Positions 31,206 to 41,180 of a stretch of 64,000 bases of DNA are shown here, piece by piece; position 1 is the stretch's first letter, and the number at the start of each line of letters is the position of its first letter. Under the pieces are notes generated by a model. It saw only the letters and a list, made by a program, of their open reading frames with translations, was not told the DNA's origin and ran no database searches. This DNA comes from an uncultured Methanosarcinaceae archaeon (GTDB taxonomy: Archaea; Halobacteriota; Methanosarcinia; Methanosarcinales; Methanosarcinaceae). A program made the translations under genes and the position numbers. The stretch is from the NCBI GenBank assembly GCA_963727895.1, contig CAVSHT010000005.1, positions 416,001 to 480,000 of the forward strand, in the 5' to 3' direction.

Positions 31206-33743
31206 ATGAAAAATAAGCAAAAGTTGTATTCTGTAGCTTTAGCTTCAACAACCTTATTTTTTATGTTTTCAATTTTAATTTCATCTGTGGCATCAGCGTC
31301 ACAGGTAACGGCACAGGTGACGAGAATTGGTAATGGATCTGATCCTGCTATTTATGGTAACAAGGTAGTATGGACAAATGGGGGTATTATTCATCTTTAT
31401 GATTTGACCTCGAAAACAGACACTACAGTTAGCTCTTCTACAGCATCTCATCCAGCTATTTACGGTAATAAATTAGTTTGGCATGATAAAAGCAGTGGAG
31501 TGCCAAGACTTACAGTTTATGATATACCTTCAGGTGCTCGATCTTACATTACTGAGGATGTGGACAACAGCAGTATTCCTTCTATTTATGGCAATATAAT
31601 CGTTTGGAGTGCAAATTACAATGAATCGAATTATAACTACAACGTATATATGCGGGACATATCAACTTCTACACAGATTAAAATTGCAGAGGGCAATAGT
31701 CCTGATATATACGATACCAAGATAACATATGGTTACGAGGATGAAGATGGAAGAGCCATAGCTGTTTACGATATTAATACTACTGAGACTATAAAAGTAG
31801 ATTCCTCTAGCCAGATATTTAGTCCACACATATATGGTAATAACGTGATATGGCCAAATTTCTACTCTAGGGATGGATTTATCCAAATGTATGATCTTAT
31901 TACTAAAAAAACAATAGATGTTACCAATGATAACACAGGTAATACCTTACCTGAATACGCAGGAGTCATTACTGATGCTGGAGACAATACCGGTACACAC
32001 ATTGATATAAACGGGGACAAAATCGTATATTCAAAATCTGGCAATGACCAGTTCGGTTATGCAGGTGTATACGTTTATGATATCCCTTCAGCAAAAAGCA
32101 CTCCAGTCTATATTTATCCAAGAGAGACTTACACAACACCTGATATATACAATGATACTATTGTGTGGGGAATAGGTAGTAACTATGATTGGTATGGTGA
32201 GATTAATGATAATGGCATCTATATGAGTGATCTTTCTGCCACAAACACCTTGCCACCAGTAGCTGAATTTACTGCAAATTTAACTTCTGGAACTGTACCT
32301 TTAGTTGTGCAATTCACTGATCTCAGCACTGGTGGGGTACCCATTTCCTGGTATTGGGACACTGGAGACGGTATCAATTCAAAACACGCCACGAATGCAA
32401 CCCATACGTTTACAAAACCAGGGGTGTATAATGTTACTTTAACAGTGGCAAATGAAGCAGGGAATAGTACGGTTACGAAACCGAATTATATTACTGTAGC
32501 TCCCCCGCAACCACCAGTGGCGGATTTTTCTACTAATGTAACTTCTGGAACAGCACCTCTAACGGTGTTATTCGCTGCTACAAGTAAAGATGGAGCTACA
32601 AGTAAAGTCGAAGAACCTACATCCTGGTATTGGGATTTCGGTGATGATACCAATTCAAATGAGTCGCTAACGGTTCACACATTTACGAAACCAGGAAATT
32701 ATACAATCAGTCTGACTGTGGGAAATATCATCGGGAATAATACAACGATAAGGCCTGATTACATAGTTGTTACTGATCCAAACGCTCCGGTTGCAAACTT
32801 CAACAGCAATGTTACAGAGGGTTATGCTCCCCTGACAGTGCAGTTTAACGATCTTTCCCAGAAAGCAACTTCAAGGATATGGGACTTCAACGACGATGGA
32901 CAGCCTGACTCAAGTGATATAAATTCAGTTTATGTATATGCAAATGCTGGAACCTATACTGTCAATCTAACTGTAAGCAATGAATATGGAACTGTCTCAA
33001 AAACTGCTTTGATAAATGTACTTACACCAAGCAGCTCAAGCGGTGGAAGTAGTGGAGGAAGTAGTCATAGTAGTTCTAGTGGTGGCGGTGGAGGTGGTTC
33101 TCCTGAACCTCAGAGTAATGTCCAAGTAAAAGAACTTTCACAGGCTGTTATTACAAATGGGAAACCTGTAAAATTCGATTTTACAAAGAATGCAACCTGT
33201 GTTGTGTATGTGAGCTTTGATGCAAAAAAGACCTTTGGCAAGACTACAACCATTGCTGAACAGCTCAAAGGGAAATCTGCTCTAGTTTCCGGACTGCCCG
33301 AAGGTGAAGTCTACAAATCCTTTAATATCTGGGTTGGAACTGGTGGATTTGTAACTTCAAAGGACATCGAAAATCCTGTAGTGTGCTTCAAGGTTGAGAA
33401 GTCCTGGCTGCAGGATAAGAAGATTGACCAAGCTTCAATAACTCTCAACAGTTACAGTGACCAAACATGGTCATACCTACCAGTGAAATTATTATGCGAA
33501 GACAATAAATATCTATACTTCACGACAGAACCGCCCAAGTTCTCTTCATTTGCAATAACGGGTACAGCGAAATCATCTGAAGGAACTGTAACGAAAATAG
33601 AGAGTGATTACCCTGAAACAGATAACAATGCAACGAGCAAAGAACCACAAAACGAACGAAAAGGAATCCTGAAAACACCAGATTTTGAGGTATATTATGG
33701 AGTAGCTAGTCTTCTTGCAGTATTTTTATATAAAAGAAGGTAA
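31206..33743 (+). CDS. Cell-surface protein: beta-propeller repeats, 3 PKD domains, Ser/Gly linker, PGF-pre-PGF domain, PGF-CTERM-like tail
   Basis: PAIYGN repeats, WDFGD/WDTGD, GGGGGSPEPQSNV, TPDF-hydrophobic-KRR end. Confidence 0.9.
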   Translation: MKNKQKLYSVALASTTLFFMFSILISSVASASQVTAQVTRIGNGSDPAIYGNKVVWTNGGIIHLYDLTSKTDTTVSSSTASHPAIYGNKLVWHDKSSGVPRLTVYDIPSGARSYITEDVDNSSIPSIYGNIIVWSANYNESNYNYNVYMRDISTSTQIKIAEGNSPDIYDTKITYGYEDEDGRAIAVYDINTTETIKVDSSSQIFSPHIYGNNVIWPNFYSRDGFIQMYDLITKKTIDVTNDNTGNTLPEYAGVITDAGDNTGTHIDINGDKIVYSKSGNDQFGYAGVYVYDIPSAKSTPVYIYPRETYTTPDIYNDTIVWGIGSNYDWYGEINDNGIYMSDLSATNTLPPVAEFTANLTSGTVPLVVQFTDLSTGGVPISWYWDTGDGINSKHATNATHTFTKPGVYNVTLTVANEAGNSTVTKPNYITVAPPQPPVADFSTNVTSGTAPLTVLFAATSKDGATSKVEEPTSWYWDFGDDTNSNESLTVHTFTKPGNYTISLTVGNIIGNNTTIRPDYIVVTDPNAPVANFNSNVTEGYAPLTVQFNDLSQKATSRIWDFNDDGQPDSSDINSVYVYANAGTYTVNLTVSNEYGTVSKTALINVLTPSSSSGGSSGGSSHSSSSGGGGGGSPEPQSNVQVKELSQAVITNGKPVKFDFTKNATCVVYVSFDAKKTFGKTTTIAEQLKGKSALVSGLPEGEVYKSFNIWVGTGGFVTSKDIENPVVCFKVEKSWLQDKKIDQASITLNSYSDQTWSYLPVKLLCEDNKYLYFTTEPPKFSSFAITGTAKSSEGTVTKIESDYPETDNNATSKEPQNERKGILKTPDFEVYYGVASLLAVFLYKRR

Positions 33744-33778
33744 AAACGGAAAAATCCAAAGTTTGATGTAAAAATTAG

Positions 33779-33863
33779 TTCGAGAGGTGCGATTCGAACG
33801 CACGAACTCCTACGAGAATAGGCTCTGAACCTATCGCCTTTGACCTGGCTGGGCAACTCTCGC
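33779..33863 (-). tRNA. tRNA-Leu(CAG), 85 nt, with a G1:A72 mismatch
   Basis: GCGAGAG acceptor, ATAGG-TTCAGAG-CCTAT anticodon arm, long variable arm, GTGCG-TTCGAAT-CGCAC T arm. Confidence 0.88.
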
Positions 33864-34205
33864 ATATTGACAATTTCTCTACAAAACATTTAGTCCTGTA
33901 TGTTAGACTCTGAACCTAGCCTGAAGAACTAAAATTTCAATATTCAGGATTATAGTTTTGGCAAGAGTCCCTAAAGCAGCCTGTTTCATAAGTGAGGGTA
34001 TAGCTCTCACACTCTTTTTTGTTTAAACATTTTACTGTCTTATGTTAGTGTTTTTAATGCGAAATAATGCATTCGAGGCTTTTTATACATTGTAATTTAT
34101 TTCAATATAAAGAGAAATAAAAAGAGAAGAAAACCATGCAAGGTTTAACTCATTTGGTTAGTGAGTTCTAAGCGCTATGTGTAGAGGTTCTAAGAGGCTT
34201 AAAAG

Positions 34206-34733
34206 ATGGCTACAGGAATATACCATAAGACAAACGTTCTGAAATTCAGAATTATGCATGCAGTATTTTTTGCCGGGAAGCCACTAACATGCAGAGAGAT
34301 TGCAGAAAAACTCAAAATGCCAGCAGGTCCGATATCAGAAGCGATGAGGCATTATAATAATCAGAAACCTCACAAGTACTTTAGCCGGCTAAAACCTAAA
34401 TCTGGTAAAGCATATCGGTACAAGCTCACGAAAACCGGGATGATGTATCTTGCTAGATACGCGAATCGATTTTACGAAGGCTTCAACCTGTCATTAGAAA
34501 GACCTTACAAAGTCATGAGTATGCCAAAACGTGATCGAGTAATGGCTAAGAGGCATGCTGAAGCTGTTGAACGACAGAGGATCCTCAATGAGACAGGCAA
34601 ACAATTACCACCTAAAGCAAAACCAACCATGAAAGAGATGTTGGCAATAAACCCTATAGATCTAATCGATTACATGGGTATTACAAAGCAAGGCGCTACA
34701 GAGTTTGGGATTATAGGATTCGAAGTTGAATAA
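34206..34733 (+). CDS. Basic winged-HTH DNA-binding protein
   Basis: KPLTCREIAEKL..ISEAMRHY..YRYKLTKTG wHTH pattern. Confidence 0.65.
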   Translation: MATGIYHKTNVLKFRIMHAVFFAGKPLTCREIAEKLKMPAGPISEAMRHYNNQKPHKYFSRLKPKSGKAYRYKLTKTGMMYLARYANRFYEGFNLSLERPYKVMSMPKRDRVMAKRHAEAVERQRILNETGKQLPPKAKPTMKEMLAINPIDLIDYMGITKQGATEFGIIGFEVE

Positions 34734-35427
34734 TGCTATTTACTTGTTTCATATTTTCAGATATTCATAATATCTAAATTTTCGATATCATATTTCAGAT
34801 ACTTGTATCCACCGGCGCTTCATTTGGGCAACGGCCTACGTGTGCGTATCGCGCACGTATTATATATTCTTAAGCCGCCCCGAGCTGATCATTTGCTGGA
34901 CTCGGGAACCGATCTTGTTTATGAGGTTTTTGTCGAGATTTATTAGGCTAAACGTAATTAGCTGCTCTGTATTTGTAGACTTACTTCGGAATCACAGTAA
35001 TTATTAATGACACTCTAAACACTGGTTAACATTTTGTATATCTATCTCAGTAGCTTCACCTCTAAGCTTTCTATAGATCCCACAGTAACGCTTATCACAA
35101 GCTTTTGTACATGTATATGAATTATTTCGATATGCAGAACATCTTAAAGCGTATTCGCACTTGATATCAAACATATCCAGCTCCTTTTAAACTTCAGTTG
35201 TCCCCACTTCATTTTTGAGCCTATTCTAAAACTTAAAATTGCTTCTCTGATGCTCAAATATTTAAAAAGAAAACAGCACAACTGGCTAATGTAAACATTT
35301 AAACACCAGCCAGTTAAGATTTATTTTAGTTATATTTCTCAGCTATGGTTATACGTTTTTACGAGTACCAATAGTTAGGGTGCAAATACTTAAACATCAG
35401 CTACTTAAAATTATTTTTTCCTCTGCT

Positions 35428-35841
35428 TTAGTGGTAGTATTTATTATAATTGTTGTAAAAATTGTGATAACCGCTGTACCAGCTGTTATATTTTGAGTAC
35501 CAGCCGTTATATTTTACCAATCACGCCATATACATTTTGTACCAGTTATCATAATTTTTGTCGTGTTTCTTGTGGTTCCACTCATTCTTTTGTTTGTACC
35601 AACTGTTCTTTTGTCTGTCCCAACTGTTCTTTTGTCTGTCCCAATCGTTCTTTTGGTTGGTCCAATCGTTCTTTTGGCGATCCCAATTATTCTTTTGTTG
35701 GTTCCAATTATTTATATCCCCAGTATTCTTCCCACCATTATTATATGCATTATTTGGAGCTGCACTTACTGCTGCAACTGTCACTGACATTACAAAACAA
35801 AATGCCAGCAAAATTCCTAGTATCTTTCTCATTTTCAGCAT
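35428..35841 (-). pseudogene. Secreted Trp/Asn heptad-repeat protein with in-frame TGA at 35521
   Basis: Signal peptide, W every 7 residues; the frame continues LVKYNGWYSKYNSWYSGYHNFYNNYNKYYH after the TGA. Confidence 0.7.
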
Positions 35842-36609
35842 TTTATTTACCCCATATATTTGCTGTTTAGATAGCCTTCCTTTATTTTCTTAACTATCTC
35901 GCTGATTATTCGCAGCTTGACAATCCTAAAATGAACAAGTTAAAATAGAAACATACTTATAAATATAAATTTATAAAAGATTGATTATTAATAAAATGGG
36001 AATTTTTAAAAATTTAATTAATAAATTAACTATTTGGTATTGTTACTTAAATATATCTAGTTCTTTATTTCTGTATTTCATCAATAGAATAACCGAGTAC
36101 TTTAGCATTTCAAGACTTTTTTATAACACTTTGTCTTTCTTCTCAATCTTGCTAGAAAGTGCCTCAATATGCTGTTATATCCCTCAACTGTAAATGTTTC
36201 TGCTTTGGATTGAGTATGAATCGTTTCTGGAAGAAACTCTGCATATGCCCTCCAGTGATCTGTCATCACTTCTCCAATGTCTTTTTTCTTCAATTTTTCC
36301 CAGAGTAGTTTTCCAGTTTCCGTTCCTCTACTACCAAAAGAACAGTTGATGAACTTTTTCCCAACTCTATCAACAGCAATCCAGATCCAGCAATATTTTT
36401 TTTGTTACCGATGTAAGTGTGCATTTCATCCATTTCAACAATAGATATTTCATTTTCACTTTTTAGAGCCTCTAACTCCTGACCAAATTTCTTTATCCAT
36501 TTTTGGACAGAAACGTGACTTACCCCTAAAACGCACATGCTTTTCTTCGAATAACAAGCACAACTAATGAAAGTACTCTCCGCCCTTTTTTTGACTATTA
36601 AGCCCTCAT

Positions 36610-36750
36610 TACCTTGGGCAGTAAGGTTGTCTCGATTTTGGTTTTTCAAAACCGTCCTAAAACTAATCAGTGAATTGCCATCGAAGGCTCAAGTGTGACT
36701 TTGATCACGGATGCTAAATTGGCCTTTTAGGCAATTCCACTGCCCAAATA
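36610..36750 (+). ncRNA. Putative IS110 bridge RNA
   Basis: Outer stem 36614-22/36739-47 encloses two hairpins, each with an internal loop matching target or donor junction sequence. Confidence 0.65.
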
Positions 36751-36766
36751 AATTTGGTGATCTAAT

Positions 36767-38030
36767 TTGATTGAAGTAATAACAAAGCTTGTGGTTTAGA
36801 CATTCACAAACTCTTTTTCATTGCTACAATTTTCAGTAGATCTGGTGAAAAACAACAGCAACGTTTCAACAGAGATGATGAAGGAATTTTAGCCCTTAAA
36901 AATTGGGTAATATCAGAAAAATGTGATGTTGTTGCATGTGAATCAACCAGCGACTTTTGGGTTCCGATTCATGATTCATTGGTAAAGCATCTAACTGTGA
37001 TAGTTGGAAATGCGCGAGATATGAAGGTATTTACCCATACAAAAACATATAAGATTGACTCAGAAGTCATTGCACAACTTGCACTTAATAATATGATTCA
37101 GCCATCAAGAGTTTTTCCAAAGGATCATATAGATTTTAGATCATATGTTCGACTTCGGTTAACACTTGTACAAAAAAGAACAGATTTAAAAAATAAAGCT
37201 CACTCAATTCTTGCATCTGAAATTCAATTCTTGCATCTGAAATGCTACACCTGAATAATGTGCTGACAGACGTTTTTGGCAAGAATGGCAGAATGATCTT
37301 ATTAGGAATCTCTTCAGGTAAGAGTGTTGGTCAGATTATTGCAAGCCTCTCTCCAAATGTTCGGAAAAAAGCTGCTCAGATAAGAGAAATTCTTGATCGA
37401 GAAATTTCTCAAAGTGCTGCATTCAGACTTCAGATCTGTCTGAAACTCATAAAAAGTCTTGATGATGAACTCGAAGCTTTAGAAACAGAAATTTTCAATT
37501 ATGCTTCTCGAAATCATAAGCGAGAAATGGAGATTTTAATGTCAGTTCCAGGTATAGGGGAACTTGGTGCGGCAATTTTACTTGCTGAAATAGGCAACTT
37601 TAAGGATTTTTCTTCTGGAAATAAGCTTGCTTCTTGGCTTGGTCTAGTTCCTAATGTGTATCAATCTGCAGATAAATACTATAACGGCAGAATCACAAAG
37701 AGGGGATCAAAAGTAGCAAGGTGGATTCTGACACAGATTGCTCAAGCAGCAGCAAGAAAGAAGAATAGCAGGTTAAAAGAGTTTTTTAACAGAAAAAAGA
37801 AGTCGATTGGACATGCAAAAGCAATTATTGTCTTAGCAAGGAAAATTGCAACGATACTATGGCATCTTATTACAAACGATGAGATGGACGAAGATGAAAC
37901 CGGATATCAAAAGGGAGAAATCCAAAAGAGAAAGATTATTGAGACTGAGATTTTTTCGGTTGATGAACGGATTAAAATAATTAGTGAAATATTTGCGATT
38001 ATGGGGAAAAAGGATCAAGAGAGCACGTGA
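36767..38030 (+). pseudogene. IS110 recombinase/transposase, frameshifted
   Basis: ACGLDIHK, ACESTSDFW, SVPGIG..AEIG..F..LASWLGLVPNVYQSA, ARK. 20-bp tandem duplication at 37204-37243 and an apparent frameshift near the start. Confidence 0.88.
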
Positions 38031-38392
38031 GGATAATCTCCTCATGTACTTTCATGCTAAAATCTTCCTATTGAGCGAAAGCCCAATCCTTCAAGATAGA
38101 GTTGTAAAGCCTGTCTTTTTACAGAAGCGGAAAAAGCAGTTGATTTTAGCTCTACTGTATAGTTATAGCCACAATCATGACATTTGTAGCGTTGACGCCC
38201 GCCAACTATACCGTTCTTTTTGTGACTGGAACTATTACATCTGGGGCAGTTCATGAAGAAATATAGGTTCTCAGAATAAATAACTATGTTTAAGTATCAA
38301 TGCCATAATTTCAAAATAGATATATCTTATATTCGTGCAATAACTACAGGTAGAATAATCTGTAGATAAAATTAGCGACGGGTGAACCTGGA

Positions 38393-39004
38393 ATGGAGTC
38401 AACAAAAAAAGATGAAACTTTAAAAGCGCTGGTCATTATAGATATGACTAACGATTTCGTGTATGAGACATACGAACATGAAGGTACGTTATATGAAGGA
38501 AAACTTGTAGCTCCTATGGGAAAGGAAATAGTCGACAAAATAGCCAGGTTAATAATTAAAGTAATACGTGAAGGAACTGTCAGCATTATCAGGCTTCCGA
38601 AGGATCATCTCAATGCCTTTATGAATCCCGAACTTGAACTGAAAGTTGCAGAACTGGGAATCAATGAAGTATTTATAACAGGCTTGGTTGAGGAAGTTTG
38701 CATATACATTAATAGTCTGAGTTTCCTTGAAAGAGGTTTTCGAACAAATATTGTGAAAGGTTGTACAGCACCTTTTGATGAAGAAAAAGGGAGAGAGGCT
38801 TTCAGGGAACTTACAAAATGCGGAGCAAAAATGGTTGAAGATATTCCTGAAGACATAAAGGTTATCCTGCTCCTCGAAGATCAACACGATGAAAATTCCG
38901 AAGAAATAAAGTCCGGAGACTGGCCACCCCATAATATGAAAGGAACCCCTGGAGCCATGACCGTAAAGATAATCCGGGATGTGCTTGAGGGAAGGAATAG
39001 TTAA
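38393..39004 (+). CDS. Isochorismatase/nicotinamidase-like cysteine hydrolase with rearranged segment order
   Basis: IIDMTNDFV, K..NAF, GLVEEVC, and DQH..WPPHNMKGTPGA at the C-terminus. Confidence 0.8.
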   Translation: MESTKKDETLKALVIIDMTNDFVYETYEHEGTLYEGKLVAPMGKEIVDKIARLIIKVIREGTVSIIRLPKDHLNAFMNPELELKVAELGINEVFITGLVEEVCIYINSLSFLERGFRTNIVKGCTAPFDEEKGREAFRELTKCGAKMVEDIPEDIKVILLLEDQHDENSEEIKSGDWPPHNMKGTPGAMTVKIIRDVLEGRNS

Positions 39005-39129
39005 AATATATCAATTTTCTACAGGGAAAAATTTCTAGCTTTCTATAACCTATTTAGATATATTAAGGGAGCCACATTTGATTATTCTCTATTCAATAAA
39101 TAGCATAAGAATCAGTTCTAATTTGAACT

Positions 39130-39300
39130 TTTAGTGTCTTTATTTTCAAGAATGTTTTTTGATTCCGTTTTTGTGATTTCATATTTAAACTGAATGACTA
39201 AGCTACCTACATTACTTTCAGGTGGAGTTATTGTTGGGGTAAAGATTGCCATATTTACAAATACTCCCAGAGTTATTAAGAGAAAATCATAACAACAATA
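39130..39300 (-). pseudogene. UPF0228-like N-terminal remnant
   Basis: VGSLVIQFKYEITKTESKNILEN resembles VPGLLIKFEDGISEQEVKAILES of 59551-60150. Confidence 0.45.
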
Positions 39301-39465
39301 ATAAAGGCAATTTTTATAGTTCCTTTATTCATAACTACCACTGATAATAAATTATGATGTATCAAGTTATGATGTCAGCTTCTCAATATGTGGTAATCTT
39401 CTTTATGCATTACAAAACTGGAAGTTTACGCATTTATTTCTGAAATCTCATACTTCTGGATCTTC

Positions 39466-40962
39466 TTAGTGGTTTTGCCTATTATTTTCATCTTCAAGGT
39501 TTTCAAAATCCTCAAAGTCCTCATTTTTGTTTTGTTTTTTAAAGGTTTTATTTTTCAGACTAAGTGCCACTATAAAAACTGCAAGTAAAAGAACTATAGG
39601 GAATCTAAAGAAATGAAGCAATTCAGGAAGCTTTATTGAATTTTCTGTAGAATTTGATTCATCTGAAGTATGATTGATTTCACTTTTTGTATTGCCAGCC
39701 ACATTGCTTGAAGAGTTTGGAACAATCTCAACTATATTTTCAGCACTTCCAGTTGTTACCAAACCTCCTTTTAGCGGCAGGTCAGTTTTTGCTTCTTTAT
39801 CGAGATATAAGTTTTTGAGTCCTTCACTTGAAAGAAAACGTGCATCTCCAAAAAGCCGTGCAAAAACTGTAGAATTCCGCTCAAAAAGATATGCTGCTCC
39901 ATCTTTACTTCCCGCAGCAAGGATCGAACTATCGCTGGAAATTGCTATGCTGTTAATGTTTCCCCTACTACTATAGTTCCAGAACTCCTTTCCTTCCATA
40001 TCAAGGACGTAAAGACTGTCATCCCAGCTTCCAGCTGCAATAAACGATTCATCTGGAGAAATTGCAACACAATAGACATCATCTTTTGTCTGGTAATCCC
40101 AGAGTTTAGTGCCTGTATTGTTAAACAGATAGACTTTATCGTCAAAACTTCCGGCTGCAAGATATGATCCATTGCTTGTTAGCGAAACACTGCTGATCCA
40201 GTAAGCAGGATTGTGAATCCACGAAAATTCTCCTTTCTTAGTGAGGAGATAAACATTATAATTAGATCCTCCGGCAGCTACATAAGTGGCTTGCGGAGTC
40301 ATACAGACGCTATTGATTACACTGCCCGTCCTTTTTTCCCATAGTTTATTTCCTCTGATGTCAAAGAGATAAATACATTGATTGGAACTGCCAGCTGTAA
40401 TATAAGATCCATCTTTAGACATGGCTATGCTTCGGATGGAATCTTTTGAATCAAAACTCCATAAAAGCTTTCCTTCTCTATTGAAAAAGTAGATCTTACC
40501 GTCTTCGCTGCCTGCTGCTACATATGAACCATCAGAAGAGATTTTAACACCATTCAGACTGCCTCCTGTTTCATAACTCCATAGCAGGTTTCCTTTTCTG
40601 TCAAAGCAGTATACTTTCTTATCATTGCTCCCTGCGGCTATAAGTGTTCCATCAGGAGAAATCGATACACTGTAGACAACGTCTCCTGTAGTGTAATTCC
40701 AGAGTTTCGTCCCCTCTAAATTAAAAAGAGAAACATTATGATCAAAGTCTCCAATTGCAAGATAGTTTCCCCCTGAAGAAAGAGAAACCGTATTGATTAT
40801 ACATCCGGTTTCACATTTGCAAAGCAGGTCAAAAGCCCCGGATTCCGAATTGTTTGTATCCTCATGATTCAGAATTACGGGGTCTGCAGTTCCTAAATAT
40901 GCAAACAGACCGAAGAGCAAAACCAGTGCTAGAAATACCCATATTCGCGCTGACTGTCCCAT
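39466..40962 (-). CDS. Secreted WD40/PQQ-like beta-propeller protein with C-terminal TM anchor
   Basis: About 8 repeats of VxISxDGxYIAAGSxDxxVYxFxxxGxxLW. Confidence 0.88.
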   Translation of the reverse strand: MGQSARIWVFLALVLLFGLFAYLGTADPVILNHEDTNNSESGAFDLLCKCETGCIINTVSLSSGGNYLAIGDFDHNVSLFNLEGTKLWNYTTGDVVYSVSISPDGTLIAAGSNDKKVYCFDRKGNLLWSYETGGSLNGVKISSDGSYVAAGSEDGKIYFFNREGKLLWSFDSKDSIRSIAMSKDGSYITAGSSNQCIYLFDIRGNKLWEKRTGSVINSVCMTPQATYVAAGGSNYNVYLLTKKGEFSWIHNPAYWISSVSLTSNGSYLAAGSFDDKVYLFNNTGTKLWDYQTKDDVYCVAISPDESFIAAGSWDDSLYVLDMEGKEFWNYSSRGNINSIAISSDSSILAAGSKDGAAYLFERNSTVFARLFGDARFLSSEGLKNLYLDKEAKTDLPLKGGLVTTGSAENIVEIVPNSSSNVAGNTKSEINHTSDESNSTENSIKLPELLHFFRFPIVLLLAVFIVALSLKNKTFKKQNKNEDFEDFENLEDENNRQNH

Positions 40963-41180
40963 AATAAATACAATTTAGGACTTCATTGCAAATGAATTTT
41001 TTGTAGAAGTTTCCTTTTGGGTAAATAATAAGGCAGCTCTGTCAATAGGAAAAAAGAGTAATGACCTTAAATTCATGATAAAGTTAAAAAATTCCTAAAT
41101 AAATTATAATTTACTCCTTTTTGTAGGAACAAAATATAAGGAGAAAATTATTGTTAACTATGAAATCTATTAAATTTAGT

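Larger units (their letters stand above)
36532..38060 (+). mobile_element. IS110-family element (boundaries +/- a few bp within the CTAAAA core)
   Basis: Non-IS1 sequence between ccctaaaa and aatcttcc; no TIRs; carries a DEDD recombinase. Confidence 0.9.
36036..38304 (-). mobile_element. IS1-family element split by an IS110 insertion
   Basis: Ends ggtattgttacttaaa (36036) and tttaagtatcaatgcc (38304); InsA 5' half 38057-38254, remainder 36036-36531. Confidence 0.9.

Noticed and set aside
35521..35523. Selenocysteine or TGA recoding
   Set aside because: The position corresponds to Trp in the repeat, other genes use TGA as stop, and Methanosarcina are not known to use Sec.
36290..36649. Novel 119-aa protein
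   Set aside because: Chimeric ORF: antisense IS110 left end fused to the IS1 insA 3' half.
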